Shown here: piece by piece, positions 31,870 through 43,029 of the stretch | Numbering within the stretch: the stretch's first letter is position 1 | Layout: each line of letters opens with the position of its first letter | Assembly: GCA_963825865.1 (NCBI GenBank) | Contig: CAWGVG010000060.1 | Location: 128,001-192,000, forward strand | Direction of reading: 5' to 3' | Source of the DNA: an uncultured Nitrososphaeraceae archaeon | Lineage (GTDB): Archaea; Thermoproteota; Nitrososphaeria; Nitrososphaerales; Nitrososphaeraceae | DNA: 64,000 bases | Notes under the pieces: generated by a model | The model's input: the letters and a program-made list of their open reading frames with translations, nothing else | The model's database searches: none | What the model was told of the DNA's origin: nothing | Translations under genes and position numbers: made by a program

Positions 31870-33540
31870 TTATGTTGGCAACAATATAGATAGATTTAGC
31901 TCAAAAGCAACTACCGGTACCCTTATCCTGAAATTATCTATTGCTAAAGGTGTAACTTCTCCTATGAGGCCGACATATTCATCGTCTACATTAATATCTG
32001 CACATCTACCATCAATAAACATTGGATGAGTAGTTGCTTTTGTTACTCCTGTTTTGCCAAAGCCAATCTTTAATAACGTCTGCAAAATTGATTTTGCTTC
32101 TGTATACCTTGAATTATTATGAGCTACCACAACGCCAAGGCTCCAGTATTCATTTAACCCGTTATTACATTGAAAGACCTTGCCTATCTCAAAGAGCTTT
32201 TGAGGATATTCCTCGTGAACATTATAAGATAGTGATTTTAGAAGTGAGGGAATCAACATATCTCTCAGTATTTCATGTTCAGCACTTTTTGCTCCATCTA
32301 CCTTCAGGACTGTATTAGACTCATTTACACCAGTTAGTTGGTACTGGACTTTTCTTCCCACGATACTAAAATTCATAACCTCTAACATTTCCAATCCCAC
32401 CATTATCTCTCTGATTATGTCAATGTAAAACGAAAGACAATTCGTTTGTCCTGTAAGAGTAGAAGAAGGCATCGTAGGTTTCATATTATAGACGCCATAC
32501 CCTATTGCTACTTCTTCAACAATATCAATAGGATGGAGTATATCAGTTCTGTATCTCGGAATAGTACACTTTATTATTTTTTTCTTTTGTACCATATTGG
32601 CATTTAGTCTGCTTTTCTTCAAACACCTTAGAATCTCGTTTACTCTTAATTCCAATCCAAGCAAACGATTAATATAATTCGGATCAACATCGATATGTGA
32701 TGGATCCATTTTAGGCGTAAACATGGTTCCTTTGATATCACTAATTAAGGCGCAATGAATTTCAAACCCAGCTTCGTATAATGTGAGGGCAAAAATAGCC
32801 AAAGCATCTTCTGCTGTCTTTTGATTGTTTGCGGTAACTTCTATAAACAGATTGTGAGTATTTGTATTAACTTTTGTTAGTTTAGCGTTTATAATAGGAG
32901 GAAATGACAAAACATTATTTTCCGCATCTACTACAAGCGGATATCTATTCTTCTCCTTTGATTTTTCTAGTATATATCCATACTCTCTGCCAATATCAGA
33001 TTCATTTAAAATTGATTTAATTGATTGCCTTGATAATTGATCAACTGGAACAAAAGAAAAGTCTTCAGTTACGGTCCTATAAGAGACAGGAAATTTAATT
33101 ACATCAAGATTATGTATCCCAATTGAAGCTTTCATTCTTCGTCTTCCTATTCCATTGTGAAGATCTTCTTGCATTAAGATTAATTGTCTGATACTTTGAT
33201 CATCAAGGTTTGCCTTCTTTTTGGCGACCATCGCTAAAATGAAGGGTCTTAACTGTTTTACTGATAAGTCTACCTTGACTATGTATTGCGTTCTTTTTTT
33301 CTTGTGCATCGCGAATTTTGGAATCCCTGTCTCTATCCCAAATAATCCTCTCAAGGCTCGAACAATACCGTATTCTGAAGCAAAATCAGGTCTATTTGGA
33401 TTGTATTCTACTCTTATGAATTCACCATCAATGCTTTCAATATCAAGTGCCACAAAAGGGAGCATTTCTAATATCTTGTTAAGATCTATGCCTGGGAAGA
33501 ATTTAGTTAGTCTATCTGTAGAAAAATTTACAACTGGCAT
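31870..33540 (-). CDS. pheT: phenylalanyl-tRNA synthetase beta subunit
   Basis: NPNRPD, QEDLH..IGRRR, SFPPIIN, IPRYRTDILHPIDIVEEVAIGYG. Confidence 0.95.
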   Translation of the reverse strand: MPVVNFSTDRLTKFFPGIDLNKILEMLPFVALDIESIDGEFIRVEYNPNRPDFASEYGIVRALRGLFGIETGIPKFAMHKKKRTQYIVKVDLSVKQLRPFILAMVAKKKANLDDQSIRQLILMQEDLHNGIGRRRMKASIGIHNLDVIKFPVSYRTVTEDFSFVPVDQLSRQSIKSILNESDIGREYGYILEKSKEKNRYPLVVDAENNVLSFPPIINAKLTKVNTNTHNLFIEVTANNQKTAEDALAIFALTLYEAGFEIHCALISDIKGTMFTPKMDPSHIDVDPNYINRLLGLELRVNEILRCLKKSRLNANMVQKKKIIKCTIPRYRTDILHPIDIVEEVAIGYGVYNMKPTMPSSTLTGQTNCLSFYIDIIREIMVGLEMLEVMNFSIVGRKVQYQLTGVNESNTVLKVDGAKSAEHEILRDMLIPSLLKSLSYNVHEEYPQKLFEIGKVFQCNNGLNEYWSLGVVVAHNNSRYTEAKSILQTLLKIGFGKTGVTKATTHPMFIDGRCADINVDDEYVGLIGEVTPLAIDNFRIRVPVVAFELNLSILLPT

Positions 33541-35101
33541 CTAGTTAGACTCCTAAGCCAACTTAACTTGTTATCATAAAGCTCGCGTACATCGTTCAAA
33601 CCAAAACGTAACATTGCAATTCTTTCGAGTCCAACGCCCCATGCGAGTACAGGATTCTTTATTCCAAGAGGCTCTGTCACCTCGGGTCTCAAAATCCCCA
33701 TTCCACCCATTTCAACCCATTTGTCCAAATCATCATTATATATCATAGATTGAAGAGATGGTTCAGTATACGGGAAAAACGTGGGCCAAAATTTTATCTT
33801 GTTAATGCCCAACTTTGCGTAAAATTCCTTCTGCAACCCCATTAAATCTCGTAATGTAACATGCTGGCCAGTTAGAACTCCTTCTACTTGATTGAATTCA
33901 ACGAGATGTTTGTATGAAACCTTTTCATTTCTGAAAACTCGCCCTATCGAAAATATTTTAGCACTATCTGGCTTGTTGTCTGCAAGATACTTTATAGTAA
34001 CTGGAGTTGTATGCGTTCTTAGAACAGTTCTTCTTGCATCTTCAATATTCCATTTATATTTCCAGCCTTTTTTGTGAATTCCAGAGATCTTTTTGATTTG
34101 GTTGGGTTTGGCAAATCCAGTCTGCTTTATATCAGAAATATAAAAAGTATCTTGCATCTCCCTTGCAGGGTGGTCTTGTGGAGTGAACAGCACATCAAAG
34201 TTCCAAAAACTAGGCTGTATCATAGGTCCATCAATTTCTGTAAAGCCGAGACCAACAAAAATTTCCTTTACTTCATCAATTAAGTAAGTCAATGGATGCT
34301 TTCTGCCAGGATATTTGAGTGATACAGGAGCAACCACATTTAATGGGCTAAACTTGACATCTTTCCACCTTCCAGAAGTAATCAACTGAGATGTCAACTG
34401 TCTTTCCATTGGGATTTCATCCGTTTTTAATGCCACAGTGGATAGCAATTCTTTTCCTTTTTCTGAAAGAAAAATTTCTAAATAATTTCTTCTCTTTTTG
34501 GATTACATAATCGGGGCGCCCTTTTAAAAGATTAAGAGTCTGTTTTTCTTCTGGAGGTAAGTCAGAAGCCTAGGACATTATCGTTATTATTTTTTTCCTC
34601 ATAAGTTAACTTTTGTAATAATTTTTCCTCCTCCGCCAAATTATCCGCTGATGTAGTAAGTACAATTATTTTGTCATTGGATGAATCGGCTTGCTTAAAT
34701 TCGATCCATTGATTTCTCTTCGCTCCGCAACTGCAGCATTAATTTCATTCGGTTTCAAAGACTTACTTTCCAGAATCGCAGCAAATGTTTTTCCTTCCTT
34801 CTTTTACCGCATTGACAAGTCGCCTTTCTGGTAGACCTTGTACCGCTGCATTTTGTCCATTTGAACCGAGCGAAAGTATAATACTTGATCTTTCGTTCAA
34901 AGATATCAAATTTTTGAATTTCAACCATTCAATACCACGTCTCACCTGATCAATACTTTGGTTCGTGTTGTTGACAAGATCTTCAATAGACATCCAACGA
35001 CCGCTTTTTGCAAGAGCGCGTAATATCGACTTTTCTATAGGGTGAAGCTCGCTAGGACTATTACTGCTGCTGCTGTTGCTGCTGTCGTCGATATTATTCA
35101 T
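33528..35101 (-). CDS. pheS: phenylalanyl-tRNA synthetase alpha subunit (N-terminal part broken by several indels)
   Basis: GRKHP, WNFDVLFTPQDHPAREMQDTFY, LRTHTT, FFPYTEPS, GLERIAM; wHTH N-terminus with GLPERRL. Confidence 0.93.
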
Positions 35102-35178
35102 TGCTGCAAGATTTCTCAGCAGAAGAACACTTTTTAAACGTTTAATCCCATCATAATCACACCCGTTGTTGGAAAGTC

Positions 35179-36381
35179 ATGGTAGAAGAAGACAAAGGAA
35201 AACAAGGAGAATACTCTTCCCTCATCAGTAACAATGAGAATAATAATAATGGTGCTTCTAACGCTGAATTTAAGGTTACACCATGGGAAGTCGAAGGAGA
35301 AATAGATTATAATAAACTGATAGAAAAGTTTGGTACTGAGCCAATTACGCAGGAAATACTTGAAAGAGTCAAAAAGATAACGGGAGAAATTCATCCGATG
35401 TTAAGGCTACAATACTTTTTTTCTCATCGTGATTTTGACTGGATTTTAGATAAGTATGAAAGAAGCGAAAATTTTTACCTTTATACTGGAAGAGGGCCAT
35501 CTGGAATGGTTCATATGGGCCATTTGATGCCGTGGATTTTCACAAAATATCTTCAAGATAAATTTGATTCTAAATTATTATTCCAATTAACAGACGATGA
35601 AAAATTCCTATATAGCCAAGATCGTAGCAAAGAAGAGATTGCACGATACACCTATGAGAATATACTTGATATAATTGCAGTAGGATTTAATCCACATAAA
35701 ACAAAAATTATAGTTGACACAAGGCATATTCAATATCTGTATCCCGTTGCTACAGAAATTTCAAAGAGGATCACATATTCAGTCGCAAAGTCAGTATTTG
35801 GTTTTTCAAATTCTACGAATATCGGCATGATAGGATTTCCTCCGATACAAGCTGCCCCTTGTTTTTTACCTTCAATTATTGAAGGTAAACCAACTCCAGT
35901 TTTAATTCCGGCGGCCATAGATCAGGATCCTTACTGGAGGATGACAAGGGATGTGGCCGAAAAGATGGGTTATTACAAGCCGGCACAGATCCACAGCAAG
36001 TTCATCCCCGGGCTTGGTTTGCTAGGCAAGATGTCGTCTTCAAAACCTCAGACTGCAATACTCACGTCAGACGAACCAGAAATTATAGAGAAAAAAATTT
36101 CTAACGCCTTCACAGGAGGTCAATCTACTATCGCACTGCAAAGGCAGCTAGGCGGAAACGCTATTGGCTGCCCAGTTTTCTGGTATTTACGATACTTCTT
36201 TGATACGGAAAAACAATCAGATGAACGTTTATTAAAATGCAAGAGTGGAAACCTGCTTTGCGGAGAATGTAAGAGCGATTTAGCAAAAGAATCAAAATCA
36301 TTTATGGTAGATTTTAAGAAGCGTCGAGAAAAAGCAAAAGACGCTGTTCCCGAATTCATGTACGATGGTAAACCCCTTTAA
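35179..36381 (+). CDS. trpS: tryptophanyl-tRNA synthetase
   Basis: VTPWEV, YTGRGPS..HMGH, IDQDPY, KMSSS. Confidence 0.95.
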   Translation: MVEEDKGKQGEYSSLISNNENNNNGASNAEFKVTPWEVEGEIDYNKLIEKFGTEPITQEILERVKKITGEIHPMLRLQYFFSHRDFDWILDKYERSENFYLYTGRGPSGMVHMGHLMPWIFTKYLQDKFDSKLLFQLTDDEKFLYSQDRSKEEIARYTYENILDIIAVGFNPHKTKIIVDTRHIQYLYPVATEISKRITYSVAKSVFGFSNSTNIGMIGFPPIQAAPCFLPSIIEGKPTPVLIPAAIDQDPYWRMTRDVAEKMGYYKPAQIHSKFIPGLGLLGKMSSSKPQTAILTSDEPEIIEKKISNAFTGGQSTIALQRQLGGNAIGCPVFWYLRYFFDTEKQSDERLLKCKSGNLLCGECKSDLAKESKSFMVDFKKRREKAKDAVPEFMYDGKPL

Positions 36382-36399
36382 CAAGAAAAGTGGCTGTTT

Positions 36400-36702
36400 T
36401 TGATGGCTAAGAAGGTCGAAAAATTTGAATGTGATGACAAATACGAAGCTGAAAAACTCGCAGGATTGCTAACGATTCAAAAAGATAATTTTACTTATTT
36501 GAGCGGAGTCGCTAATGTTATCGGAAACGAGATCGTCGTTATTTTAAAGGATGGATCATCTCATAGTATTCTCTTGAAAGATAGCAAGACTGCTATCAGA
36601 CTGAGCAGGCTAATAGAAGATATAGTCGAAGGAATAAAAACAATTTATGAAAGTAGCTTTGAACATCACACAGCAGATATTATTATTGTTCTTAATGAGT
36701 AA
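36400..36702 (+). CDS. hypothetical protein
   Basis: 100-aa ORF directly downstream of trpS. Confidence 0.7.
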   Translation: MMAKKVEKFECDDKYEAEKLAGLLTIQKDNFTYLSGVANVIGNEIVVILKDGSSHSILLKDSKTAIRLSRLIEDIVEGIKTIYESSFEHHTADIIIVLNE

Positions 36703-36731
36703 TAAGAGAAGAAAAAGTCGAACAAAATAAT

Positions 36732-37788
36732 AGACCTGTTGCGTAATTGAAGGCTTACAGCTATATTTTACGTTGTACAGCATTCATTGGGTGATGCTGT
36801 CTTGATGTCTTATGCTAGACTATCGAAGAGGCCTTTGTTATTCAAATCGTTTACTGGGTTGGAGATAACAGAATTTGATACCATTTCCAGGGAAATAGAA
36901 TCAAAATATGATGAACATGAAGGAATACGACTTTCCAGAAGGAAGAGGAAAAGAGGTATTGGTGCTGGCAGACCATTCAAACTGAAAGAAGTCAGAGAAA
37001 GATTCTTGATGCTTTTAGTCTATTATAGACTGTACATTACATACACACTTTCAGGATTTCTATTCGATTCTACCAGAGTAATATCTGCAGAGATATATCT
37101 ATGCTTGAACCACTTATCAAACGGTGTATCCCACTGCCAAAGAAGTTGTATAAACGTACAAGAAGGCTTAGGACTATAGATGAAGTTGAAGAGTACTTTC
37201 CAGGTTTCAAGGCTTTCATAGATTCTTCCGAACAGGAGATACCAAGGCCAGAGAACAAGAGAAAGAGAAAGAGCTACTACTCTGGCAAAAAGAAGAAACA
37301 TACTGTAAAGACACAGTATATGGTAAACGGTGAAGGTACGATACTGCACAAAACAGGTCATGATAGGGGAAGAATACATGATTATGAGATTTTCAAAAAT
37401 AAACATCCTATAACTCCGCTGCAAGTTGAGAATGTCCTTGACCTTGGGTACATGGGAGTTAAGAATGACTTTCCCACTGTAAAGTATGTACTGCCATTTA
37501 AAAAGAAAAGGAAAAGTGAACTCTCAGATGAGGAAAAGAGACATAACAGAAAGCATTCCAAATTAAGGATAATAGTCGAGCATACGGTAAGCAGAATTAA
37601 AAAGTTTGGAATAATGGGTACTAAATTCAGAAACAGGCTTGGAAGATATGATCATGCTTCCGACATTGTTTCAGGATTGGTAAACTTCAGAATAATGCGA
37701 ACCATTGGAATGATGTTACTTTAGAAAGCAAGCAAGCCAAAGTTAAGTATCATAAAGAGATTTTCTTTCGTAATTACGCAATAGGTCT
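36732..37788 (+). mobile_element. IS5-family (ISL2/IS1381-like) insertion sequence, 1057 bp
   Basis: 17-bp TIRs AGACCTGTTGCGTAATT / AATTACGCAATAGGTCT (1 mismatch), 3-bp flanking duplication AAT, internal DDE transposase. Confidence 0.92.
36787..37724 (+). CDS. DDE transposase (frameshift near 37070)
   Basis: FKSFTGL, IDSSEQEIPRP, YYSGKKKKHTVK, DLGYMG, RIIVEH. Confidence 0.9.
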
Positions 37789-38165
37789 AATGAAGATCCT
37801 GGATAATTTATTTTTGTTTAGGCAGCAACTAGCTAGCGTTCAAGCTTCTGTATCACAATATCATAGTATGAGCAGACAGTTTTCTTGGGCTAGTGATTAG
37901 TGCTCTGGACAAAAAGTAAGTTCAGTTATCCTCAGTCAATTTGACGATGAATCGATCTCAGGTCATAGCCCATACTCGAGCAAGAGCTTGTTTGGAATTA
38001 GGCGCACCAATAAGTAGTCTTCTGATTGTCGTTGGTTCTGACATACATTAGCAAAAAACCATTCTAGATAAAGGAAAGAAAAGTGAAGTAGAATAATGGT
38101 GACTAGACCATTAGACAGTCACACGTATATAAGGCTTATACGTCACATTTGATCTAGTCTGGCTG

Positions 38166-40085
38166 TTGGTGCGCTCGGGTAGACTTTTTTCCCACAAAAT
38201 GTTGCCTGTCATTGCGATTATATCCATTATCGCCGGTGCAAGTATAGCAGGAGTGTTTCCATCCATGTTAACTATTCCCCCAATCCAAGCTGCGACAGGA
38301 GCCCTTGTTAGTGTTAAAATGAACAGCCAGGTCGGAGTTTTGCTAGACGAAATTCCTGAATCTGAACGAGACCGTGCAGCAGCTAGTTTGATGTCTAAAC
38401 CTAGGGATTTCTGGATCCAGCGTGCTGAAGACCAGATTCGCTTAATGACTTACCGGCTAGTTTTCAGAAATGGTTACTATGAAAATGAAAGCAAGGGAGC
38501 GCTTCCTTTGCCGCCAAAAGAGATCTGGAACATACAATTCAGAGGAGCACCACAGCGAACTACTATAGCCAATCACGATATCGTTTTAACGAATTATAGT
38601 TTTGCAAGCACCCTACTTACAGACGCAGACTCGCCTGGAATCGCTGAGCCAGCGCTCAAGTCCATCGGAAGCAGATGGATAGAACCATTTATTCTGCCGA
38701 TTGACCCAGAGTTGGTATTTCAACGAACTGGATTTGCTTGCATGAATGAGAACCAATTTCCACCTCATAGCGTGGATGCAGAAGAAGTAGAAACCTTTTA
38801 CGACCAAGAAGCTGATATAGCCGGTAAACTTTCTATTGAGGACATTCATCAAGCAGTTATGCCAGACAAGTCCTGCGTCGATGCGCTTGATGGCAAGATA
38901 GGGAAAATTAAAACCAATCTAATTTTTGAACGTTTACCATGGAGCTCTTCTTTAGCGGCTAAGGTACGCGTAGGCAAAATAACCAATCCAAATGGTCCAG
39001 ACTTGATAGCAGAAGAATCTGATTTCAAAGTAAATCGTGTAGTCTACAGGCATATTGCGCCAGACGCGTGTGCTATCGTAGAAGGCTCTGTTGGAGGAAC
39101 TGGTTGGCGCAGGCTCTTACAATTTGGCTCTTCAGATAGAAACTTTGGTGCAAAGGCCCTTGAGATAGGTGACATCGACTACTTCATTAAGGGTAATAGA
39201 TCAGAGTTATCAAAGCGGGGAATATATGAGTACAGCCCTTGCCACCATCATTATCATTTCGCGCACTATGGTTCCCTAGCTTTTGGAAGCGAAATGACAA
39301 ACCACAAAATGGGCTTCTGCCTTCAAAGTACAAACAGGTACAGCAACAATGAATTAAGCCCCTTATTAAACAGATATTCAGCCTGCAAGTTCCAAGGCAT
39401 AGAAGCCGGATGGTCTGACCAGTATAAAGTTGGTCTCGAAGGCCAGTGGGTCGATGTTACTGGTGTCAATACATCTAAAAGTCCGGTCACAAAGAAAGTT
39501 TCATTTCATTCTAATCCCGATGGCTTCCTGTGCGAAGGAAGACCTGTTTTGGATGCAAACGGCAGTTACATTTACGAGGCTACTGGATTCAAGACGCACG
39601 AAGGCCAAACAGTTTACAGACAAAAATGTGAATTTGGTAAGGGTACGCTCTCTAACAATGTGGATTCCTACAATATAACATTGCCAAAAGATGGAAACGG
39701 TTACGTTACAGATAGCTGCGAGCTTGGTGAGATTGGACCATTAAGAAATTGTGGCTTCCAGAATGCAGAATCTCCAGTGCTCAACTGCACACCAGGACAA
39801 CAGGTAAACCTGGGTTTCACAATTCCACAAGGAGCACCACCACAGGTAGTCAGAGTATGCGATTATAGCTCTGCACTAGCTACAGGCATCCCATGCACTT
39901 ACAATGGCCCCTATAATGCACAATCGCTAGCCAACAGCATAGTAGTTGACCCAACTTCTTCAAAAGTATCGTTGACTTGCCCTATTGCATTGGATGAAAA
40001 TGAACACGGGGGTAAATTATCATTGTATTTTGCACCGTTGTTGCCAGATGATTCTGCTGTTCCGATAAGCTACAAAACAAGGTAG
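38166..40085 (+). CDS. secreted lysyl oxidase family protein
   Basis: signal helix; RRLLQF, YSPCHHHYHF (Cu site), HKMGFCL, QGIEAGWSDQY, QWVDVT; many Cys. Confidence 0.85.
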   Translation: MVRSGRLFSHKMLPVIAIISIIAGASIAGVFPSMLTIPPIQAATGALVSVKMNSQVGVLLDEIPESERDRAAASLMSKPRDFWIQRAEDQIRLMTYRLVFRNGYYENESKGALPLPPKEIWNIQFRGAPQRTTIANHDIVLTNYSFASTLLTDADSPGIAEPALKSIGSRWIEPFILPIDPELVFQRTGFACMNENQFPPHSVDAEEVETFYDQEADIAGKLSIEDIHQAVMPDKSCVDALDGKIGKIKTNLIFERLPWSSSLAAKVRVGKITNPNGPDLIAEESDFKVNRVVYRHIAPDACAIVEGSVGGTGWRRLLQFGSSDRNFGAKALEIGDIDYFIKGNRSELSKRGIYEYSPCHHHYHFAHYGSLAFGSEMTNHKMGFCLQSTNRYSNNELSPLLNRYSACKFQGIEAGWSDQYKVGLEGQWVDVTGVNTSKSPVTKKVSFHSNPDGFLCEGRPVLDANGSYIYEATGFKTHEGQTVYRQKCEFGKGTLSNNVDSYNITLPKDGNGYVTDSCELGEIGPLRNCGFQNAESPVLNCTPGQQVNLGFTIPQGAPPQVVRVCDYSSALATGIPCTYNGPYNAQSLANSIVVDPTSSKVSLTCPIALDENEHGGKLSLYFAPLLPDDSAVPISYKTR

Positions 40086-40605
40086 TTATTATTATCATAT
40101 CTTAGCATGCTAGAAAGACAGCATTATTGTTCAATAATGTATGATGTTGTCAGCCATCTAAGAGTCGAACATTTTTTATTTTTACAGACAGTACAAGAAG
40201 CATAATTTACAATGTATAAAAATGTCTTGTGACTAGATGATTGCAATATGCTATTGTCCTTAGACTCCGGAATCATCTCTTGTATCAGAGGTGGCAGTAA
40301 CAACAACAGGAAGATCAGCAGCTCCAGCTGCGGCAGCAGTCGCTCACTAACCCTTTTTTTATTCCTGTATAAACTTAATACAATATTGTTATATTATCCG
40401 TTTAGCATACGGTGACTGATTATTTTTTGCAACTAGTATCTGTTTGCTAAACCAAAGTAGTGATTGATAGAAGCAGAAGCTTTTGAAATTGAGTATGTTC
40501 AAACCTATAGGGATTTGTTATTAGCCTAATTACTTTTTCGTATTTGCTTGACTACTACATAGCTCAGGGCCAATGAACTACTCCATAGGCAAGCACACAA
40601 AAGCG

Positions 40606-40670
40606 ATTTGACGACTATTTGACGACTATTTGACGACTATTTGACGACTATTTGACGACTATTTGACTAC
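40606..40670. repeat. intergenic 11-bp tandem repeat (ATTTGACGACT) x5 plus partial copy
   Basis: direct reading of sequence. Confidence 0.95.
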
Positions 40671-41236
40671 AAAATGACCTCTAAATAACTGAACATGGAA
40701 TATGGAATTGACATTTAGATGCATACAAGCAGTCACTTTCAATTCGAGCATAGGCTGACCGATACACTAATGCTGGCAAATCAATTAATGTCTACACTCT
40801 GTTGCCTGTACATCGATTTTTCATCTACCGTAGTTCTTTATTCATCTCATCTGTAAGTATCTGCTGAACTTTTCTAAAGTATAGACCTGTTGAATATGGC
40901 ATCAAAGGTATGTACCTCTTCAATTACTCGCATCACATATGGCACCGCTCGCTTTGATACGTTCATCCTAAATTTCATCCAGAGTATTCTGTCTTGTTCG
41001 AAATGTATCATATCTTTAAGATGAGAAGGAACAGTTTCTATCGATTTATCTTCCACTCTTTTTGTACCAGTAACCGAGAATTTCTGGATCGAGCCCTTCT
41101 TTTACCCCTTTTATAGTTCCTCCAATCTTATTGGAGGCTAAATCAATGGGATTATCACTATCTCGATACATATTCAAGGCCAGTGCTCTAGATAAAGGCG
41201 AATAAAACCCTGATAATTAAAGATTGTTGAGCCTTT

Positions 41237-41749
41237 TTATTTAACTTTTAATATCTTGCCGAAAGGATCAATTTCACCTTCCCGTATACGCGTAGAGGAG
41301 ATAGGACTACCGTCTTCAGTTCTGATAAGATCGACTGAAATAATTGCTATAGGTGGCAGGCCTTTTTTAGAACGGATCTCATTGATTTTTTCACCCTTTT
41401 TTGCTGTTTCAGTACTTGCAATAAGGGCGTCTACTCTCCCTAAAATGACTATAGGGCCATATTCATTATCTAACTTACTTATCTTGTAAGAAACTCTGCC
41501 AAATTTCTTTTGTATTATATCTTTTAGGTTGAACACTCTTTTGTCGTAGCTATGGTTAACCTTTTTTTCTCCTTTTGTCTTTTCTGCAAAATCATCACTT
41601 GTAACCCCGATTATTACCCTCTTGCCTAGTTCGAATGCTTTAGAAAGCAAGGCTATATGACCAATATGTATCTCATCGAATGTTCCACCTGTTGCAACTA
41701 AGTCGAATTTATTGGCCACAACCACCTTTGTTATTCCCTTCCATATCAC
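41237..41749 (-). CDS. coaD: phosphopantetheine adenylyltransferase (archaeal type)
   Basis: ATGGTFDEIHIGH, IGVTSD, YGP, STET, PISSTRIREGEID. Confidence 0.9.
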   Translation of the reverse strand: MIWKGITKVVVANKFDLVATGGTFDEIHIGHIALLSKAFELGKRVIIGVTSDDFAEKTKGEKKVNHSYDKRVFNLKDIIQKKFGRVSYKISKLDNEYGPIVILGRVDALIASTETAKKGEKINEIRSKKGLPPIAIISVDLIRTEDGSPISSTRIREGEIDPFGKILKVK

Positions 41750-41760
41750 TTTTTAAAATT

Positions 41761-42021
41761 CTAATAGTCAATGGGATGGTGTATATCCTTGGCCTGATGG
41801 AGATAGGCCCTTGGATAAATATTATCATCGCTGTCTTTGTAATTATCTATTATCTTCATTTTTGTCTTCATTCGTATTTTTTCATATTTTTGCCCCGCTG
41901 GTAAAGGGACTATTATCGGCCAGCTCCGTGTTTGGCCTTTTCCCTTTACCATAATAGTGACCTCCGGTGAACGGAACAAAAACCCGGGTCACCGTTTTGC
42001 AGGGTACATGTAAAACATCAT
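41761..42021 (-). CDS. small hypothetical protein (5' part probably frameshifted)
   Basis: 72-aa ORF ending 11 bp upstream of coaD; ATG at about 42021 out of frame. Confidence 0.5.
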
Positions 42022-42172
42022 TTTGGATTTAAAAACAATATGCTCAATATTATAATCCCTTATCTAGTTGTCGATATCTTGTATAATCAAAAGAAATTTA
42101 TGGTTACGCTACTTGACTGTTCATTCTTTTCAAAGCAGAATATATTTATGACGATAATCTATAGATTGAAAT

Positions 42173-42565
42173 ATGCCTAGCTCCCTGGAACCATCGCAAG
42201 AAGAGACACAAAAACATCGACAAAGTTGCCGGGATATTCTTGCTTTATCATCAAAAATACGTTATGTCGGCATGCTGAATAGCTTCGGACGAACTTTGGC
42301 TGGACAATTACGTAAAGGTGTAGTACCCTTATTGAAAGCTGATGAATCTAGGAACGAGCACTTTATCGAAGCAACGAGAAATCGGTTAAGAAAAGACTTT
42401 GAGCCATCTATTGGCAATACCGAATATACTTTTACTGAAAATGAAAAGGTAAAGATACTTACCTTATCAAATAATGATAATTTCTTGTATATCACTTTCG
42501 ATAAAGACATAGATATTCAGGAGATTTTAAAAGTTATTGAGTCAGCCAAAAAGTTAGTCAGATAG
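42173..42565 (+). CDS. roadblock/profilin-like small protein (DUF6659-type)
   Basis: IRYVGMLNSFGRTLAGQLRKG; paralogue of 11487. Confidence 0.75.
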   Translation: MPSSLEPSQEETQKHRQSCRDILALSSKIRYVGMLNSFGRTLAGQLRKGVVPLLKADESRNEHFIEATRNRLRKDFEPSIGNTEYTFTENEKVKILTLSNNDNFLYITFDKDIDIQEILKVIESAKKLVR

Positions 42566-43029
42566 GAGCATAACTCGCGATAAAAAAGTGATAGTTTGAA
42601 AGTGGCGATACAGTCTCACTCGTGGGCTTGTTTTTCCAAAGTGTATTATTATAGGCTTCATCCTGTATGTAGAAAAAATTAATTAATTTGTTATCTCTAT
42701 AAAAGTTGTTATTTGAATACTTCTGAGCCGTTTTTAGTTTATTTTACTTTAAAACCCAAACCCTTCCAGAATCAATTCGTAATGTCTTGAGAGCATGTTT
42801 ATCATGTTTTTAGAGCTTCTGAAAAATATCTTGATAATTTCACATTTATCTACGCTATAGATTCCTTTGTGCTGAATACAAAGAATATACTAGATCGACT
42901 GCCTATATCGGTTCCGTATAATATATATATACTTAAATATAATATTCAACCAAATTTACCTTTATGAGTTAGTTAACATTGTTACGCAATTCTTTATATA
43001 TATAAGAACTCAACGTGGGTATAATGTAT

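Noticed and set aside
33528-35101. Naturally split or recoded pheS
   Set aside because: Several indels in an essential gene match the window-wide error pattern.
40606-40670. Possible CRISPR array
   Set aside because: 11-bp units are contiguous with no spacers; no cas genes in the window.
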